NCBI GenBank assembly: GCA_029258795.1 | Contig: JAPDKB010000004.1 | Span: 1 to 64,000 of the forward strand | Source of the DNA: an archaeon | GTDB taxonomy: Archaea > EX4484-52 > WAPT01 | Length of the DNA stretch: 64,000 nt | Direction: 5' to 3' | In this document: piece after piece, positions 61,850 to 64,000 of the stretch | Layout: each line of letters opens with the position of its first letter | How positions within the stretch are numbered: position 1 is the stretch's first letter | Program-made: the position numbers and the translations under genes | Notes under the pieces: model-generated | What the model was told of the DNA's origin: nothing | Databases searched by the model: none | Seen by the model: only the letters and a program-made list of their open reading frames with translations

Positions 61850-63058
61850 TTATTCCACGATCTTCTCCTTTCCAATGATGTTGAGGATTTCATGCATCAA
61901 ATCCTTTGCATGAATTCTGGCAAGCATACCGTTCTGACAGTCCCTCTCTCCAAACCTGTAACAGCCATCAACCCTAACACCATCCCCACTTATGAGGAGG
62001 GGGACATCATCTCCGCTGTGGTCCTTCAAGCAGCACGGTGTTGAGTGATCTCCCGTCACAACCTTCAGGCATTTTGTGTTTTCAAGCTTAGAAAACGCAT
62101 CGTCAAACTTCTCTATGAACCTCTTTTTTCCAATGGCATCGCCATCATGCCCGAAGAGATCGGTGGCTTTAACATGCAGGAAAACAAAATCGTATTTTTT
62201 GAGGGCTCTTTTTGCTGCTTCAACCTTCGCACAAACATCCGTTTCCTTTGTGCCTGTAGCGCCCCTCACCTCCAGAACATTCATGCCAAGGAACCTTGCT
62301 ATACCTTTGTAAAGCCCCGTCCCCGCTATACAGCAGGCTTTCAGCCCGTACCTCTCCTTGAAACTTTCAACATGTTTATGTTGAGCAGCACCCCTTATCA
62401 AAATGTAATTTGCAGGGAGCAGACCCTTTCTGATGCGCTCTTTGTTCACCTCATGCCTCTCCAGAATCTCATGCACCTTTTTTACATACTCTTCCAGCAG
62501 CTTTGCAAGATTCCTTGCCCCACTCTCCTTACTCACAGCCCTGATTTTTCTAGGTTTGACACCAGTCTTGTGCGGGTCATTCCCCTTCACATTTTTGCTT
62601 ATGTTTTCACCTCTGACCACAAGCACAGCCCTGTGCTCCACTCCCGCCTTCAGAATGAACTTCACACCACCAATCTCCATGGTGAGGTCCTTTTCAAAAA
62701 CACTCACATCCTTTATCCTCCCAGCTCTTCTATCCACAATCTTTCCGTCCTTCATCGTTGCGAAGTTGACGCGGAATGCGACATCTCCTTCCTTCAGCTT
62801 GAAGTTAACACCGAGAGCTTCAGGCACCCCCCTGCCCGGATAAAACTTTTCTAATGGATGGTAGCCAAAAAGCTCGAAATGCGCCGGTCCAGATTCCACC
62901 ACCACACCCGGCTCAATGGGAGTGTGGAACCCACACATCCCCTCTCTTGCAAGAAAATCCAGAAATGGTGTGGAAGCAGCTTCCAAGGGTGTCTCGCCAT
63001 AAAGCTCCTTGCAGGGCCTGTCTCCCAATCCATCCAGAATGGTGAAGAGAATTTTCAT
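61850..63058 (-). CDS. apgM: 2,3-bisphosphoglycerate-independent phosphoglycerate mutase (archaeal)
   Basis: LDGLGDRP, TPLEAA, DRRAGRI, HVKATDLFGHDG, TGDHSTP. Confidence 0.95.
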   Translation of the reverse strand: MKILFTILDGLGDRPCKELYGETPLEAASTPFLDFLAREGMCGFHTPIEPGVVVESGPAHFELFGYHPLEKFYPGRGVPEALGVNFKLKEGDVAFRVNFATMKDGKIVDRRAGRIKDVSVFEKDLTMEIGGVKFILKAGVEHRAVLVVRGENISKNVKGNDPHKTGVKPRKIRAVSKESGARNLAKLLEEYVKKVHEILERHEVNKERIRKGLLPANYILIRGAAQHKHVESFKERYGLKACCIAGTGLYKGIARFLGMNVLEVRGATGTKETDVCAKVEAAKRALKKYDFVFLHVKATDLFGHDGDAIGKKRFIEKFDDAFSKLENTKCLKVVTGDHSTPCCLKDHSGDDVPLLISGDGVRVDGCYRFGERDCQNGMLARIHAKDLMHEILNIIGKEKIVE

Positions 63059-63101
63059 GATAAAAAAAGTTATTCTTTTTTTATATTAAGTTTTCTGTTT
63101 A

Positions 63102-63428
63102 TCAGCTACACTTACACTTTAGTGTTGCATCTCCTAATAAAACATCCTTACATGTGTCCTTTACTCCACTCACAGAACAACTAATTCCTTTGTTTTCACA
63201 TAGATTTTTACACTCACCCTTTGCTATATCGCTTGGATCTGCATTCGGACTGGTAGAACACGCTCCCAACACACAGGTTTTACATGCTTGTAGTTCCTCT
63301 TGAGGCACAGTATTTTGAAGGGGCTGCATCCCTCCACCAAAAATACCTATAAGAACCATGGCAACCACTATCAGAACTACAGCAGCTATAACCAAGGTTA
63401 GTGGTGCAGATAAAGCCCTCCTAGCCAT
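63102..63428 (-). CDS. Class III signal peptide (pilin-like) Cys-rich small protein
   Basis: MARRA followed by hydrophobic LSAPLTLVIAAVVLIVVAMVLIGIF; 9 Cys in the C-terminal part. Confidence 0.7.
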   Translation of the reverse strand: MARRALSAPLTLVIAAVVLIVVAMVLIGIFGGGMQPLQNTVPQEELQACKTCVLGACSTSPNADPSDIAKGECKNLCENKGISCSVSGVKDTCKDVLLGDATLKCKCS

Positions 63429-63496
63429 ACCCTTCTATTAGAGCGGAGGTTATATATAAAAATTTCGTTGATAATATGATGTTGTCTTGGGTTCTT

Positions 63497-63601
63497 GGGG
63501 CCGTAGTGTAGCTTGGTTATCACTCCAGCCCGGGGCGCTGGCAACCCCGGTTCAAAAGCTAGGTTAAAGCGGTAAAGCTGAAAATCCGGGCGGCCCCACC
63601 A
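63497..63601 (+). tRNA. tRNA-Pro(GGG) with a 28-nt intron at position 59/60 (63557-63584); CCA encoded
   Basis: Acceptor ggggccg/cggcccc-A-CCA, anticodon stem ccagc/gctgg with loop CCGGGGC, T stem cccgg/ccggg; BHB with helix ttca/tgaa and bulges aaa and aat. Confidence 0.93.
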
Positions 63602-63604
63602 AAT

Positions 63605-63841
63605 TCAAAATCCTTTTTTCATTCCAACCTTCTCACTCTTCCATCTTTCAACATGCCCCTCCTCATCCAGCAGAAGGAGCTCAACCCCATCATCATTTAT
63701 CATCAGCTTGCAGCTTATCCTGCCGTTCGTTATCTTTATGGCTCCAGCTACGGGATGGGGTAAGAGTATCTTGTGCTTTACAACATCATAATTATCATCA
63801 AAACAGTTGGCTTCTATCAGCAAAGCTTTTCTGGCCATCAC
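63605..63841 (-). CDS. Small hypothetical protein
   Basis: 78-aa ORF with GGTGG RBS-like sequence and upstream TATA tttaaattt. Confidence 0.55.
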   Translation of the reverse strand: MMARKALLIEANCFDDNYDVVKHKILLPHPVAGAIKITNGRISCKLMINDDGVELLLLDEEGHVERWKSEKVGMKKGF

Positions 63842-63931
63842 CCCACCTTTTCACCAATTTTGTTACTTATTAATAATAACACCTTAAATTTAAAAACCTT
63901 CTCAACACCCGCCACAATTCAACTTTTTGGT

Positions 63932-64000
63932 TTACAGCTCAACAGAAACGAACTTACTGGCTTTTTTCACTCCTTCCACCGTGTTCACGCGAAACAGAAT
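63932..64000 (-). CDS. C-terminal end of an unidentified protein entering from outside the window
   Basis: Open frame ...ILFRVNTVEGVKKASKFVSVEL-stop. Confidence 0.35.
   Translation of the reverse strand: MLFRVNTVEGVKKASKFVSVEL

Noticed and set aside
63060-64000. Integrated element or att site at tRNA-Pro
   Set aside because: No integrase and no duplicate of the tRNA 3' end visible within the window
1-64000. Stop-codon recoding, DGR, transposases or recognisable defence genes
   Set aside because: Conserved genes are full length under the standard code; no reverse transcriptase, transposase or restriction-modification motifs were recognised

Overview
A gene-dense archaeal chromosomal window. 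The gene set (PolD DP1/DP2, Cdc6, RadA/RadB, AMP phosphorylase, archaeal TyrRS/SerRS, tRNA with a BHB intron) looks like a thermophilic DPANN-type archaeon; that taxonomic call is inference only. From left to right: the end of an AT-rich surface-glycan sugar operon headed by nac; a replication cassette (cdc6-DP1-...-DP2) with ORB-type origin elements at both ends; hjc, an H/ACA guide RNA and dnaG; an archaeosine locus (RaSEA-ArcS-like fusion divergent from arcTGT); radA/RPA/cdc48/radB/topA/serS; an HTH coiled-coil gene followed by a phased 11-bp repeat array; tyrS, rtcA and a giant S8 protease; a complete A-type ATP synthase operon; a KaiC module, TrkAH, AMP phosphorylase, apgM, a pilin-like gene and tRNA-Pro(GGG). 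The best candidate for an undescribed system is the amphipathic-helix/coiled-coil/HTH protein (39835-40458) beside a centromere-like TTCGACA array (40464-40650). Next are an unassigned five-hairpin RNA carrying a small ORF between the PolD genes (about 16030-16290) and the double ORB clusters. All calls were made by eye from motifs; no searches were run.
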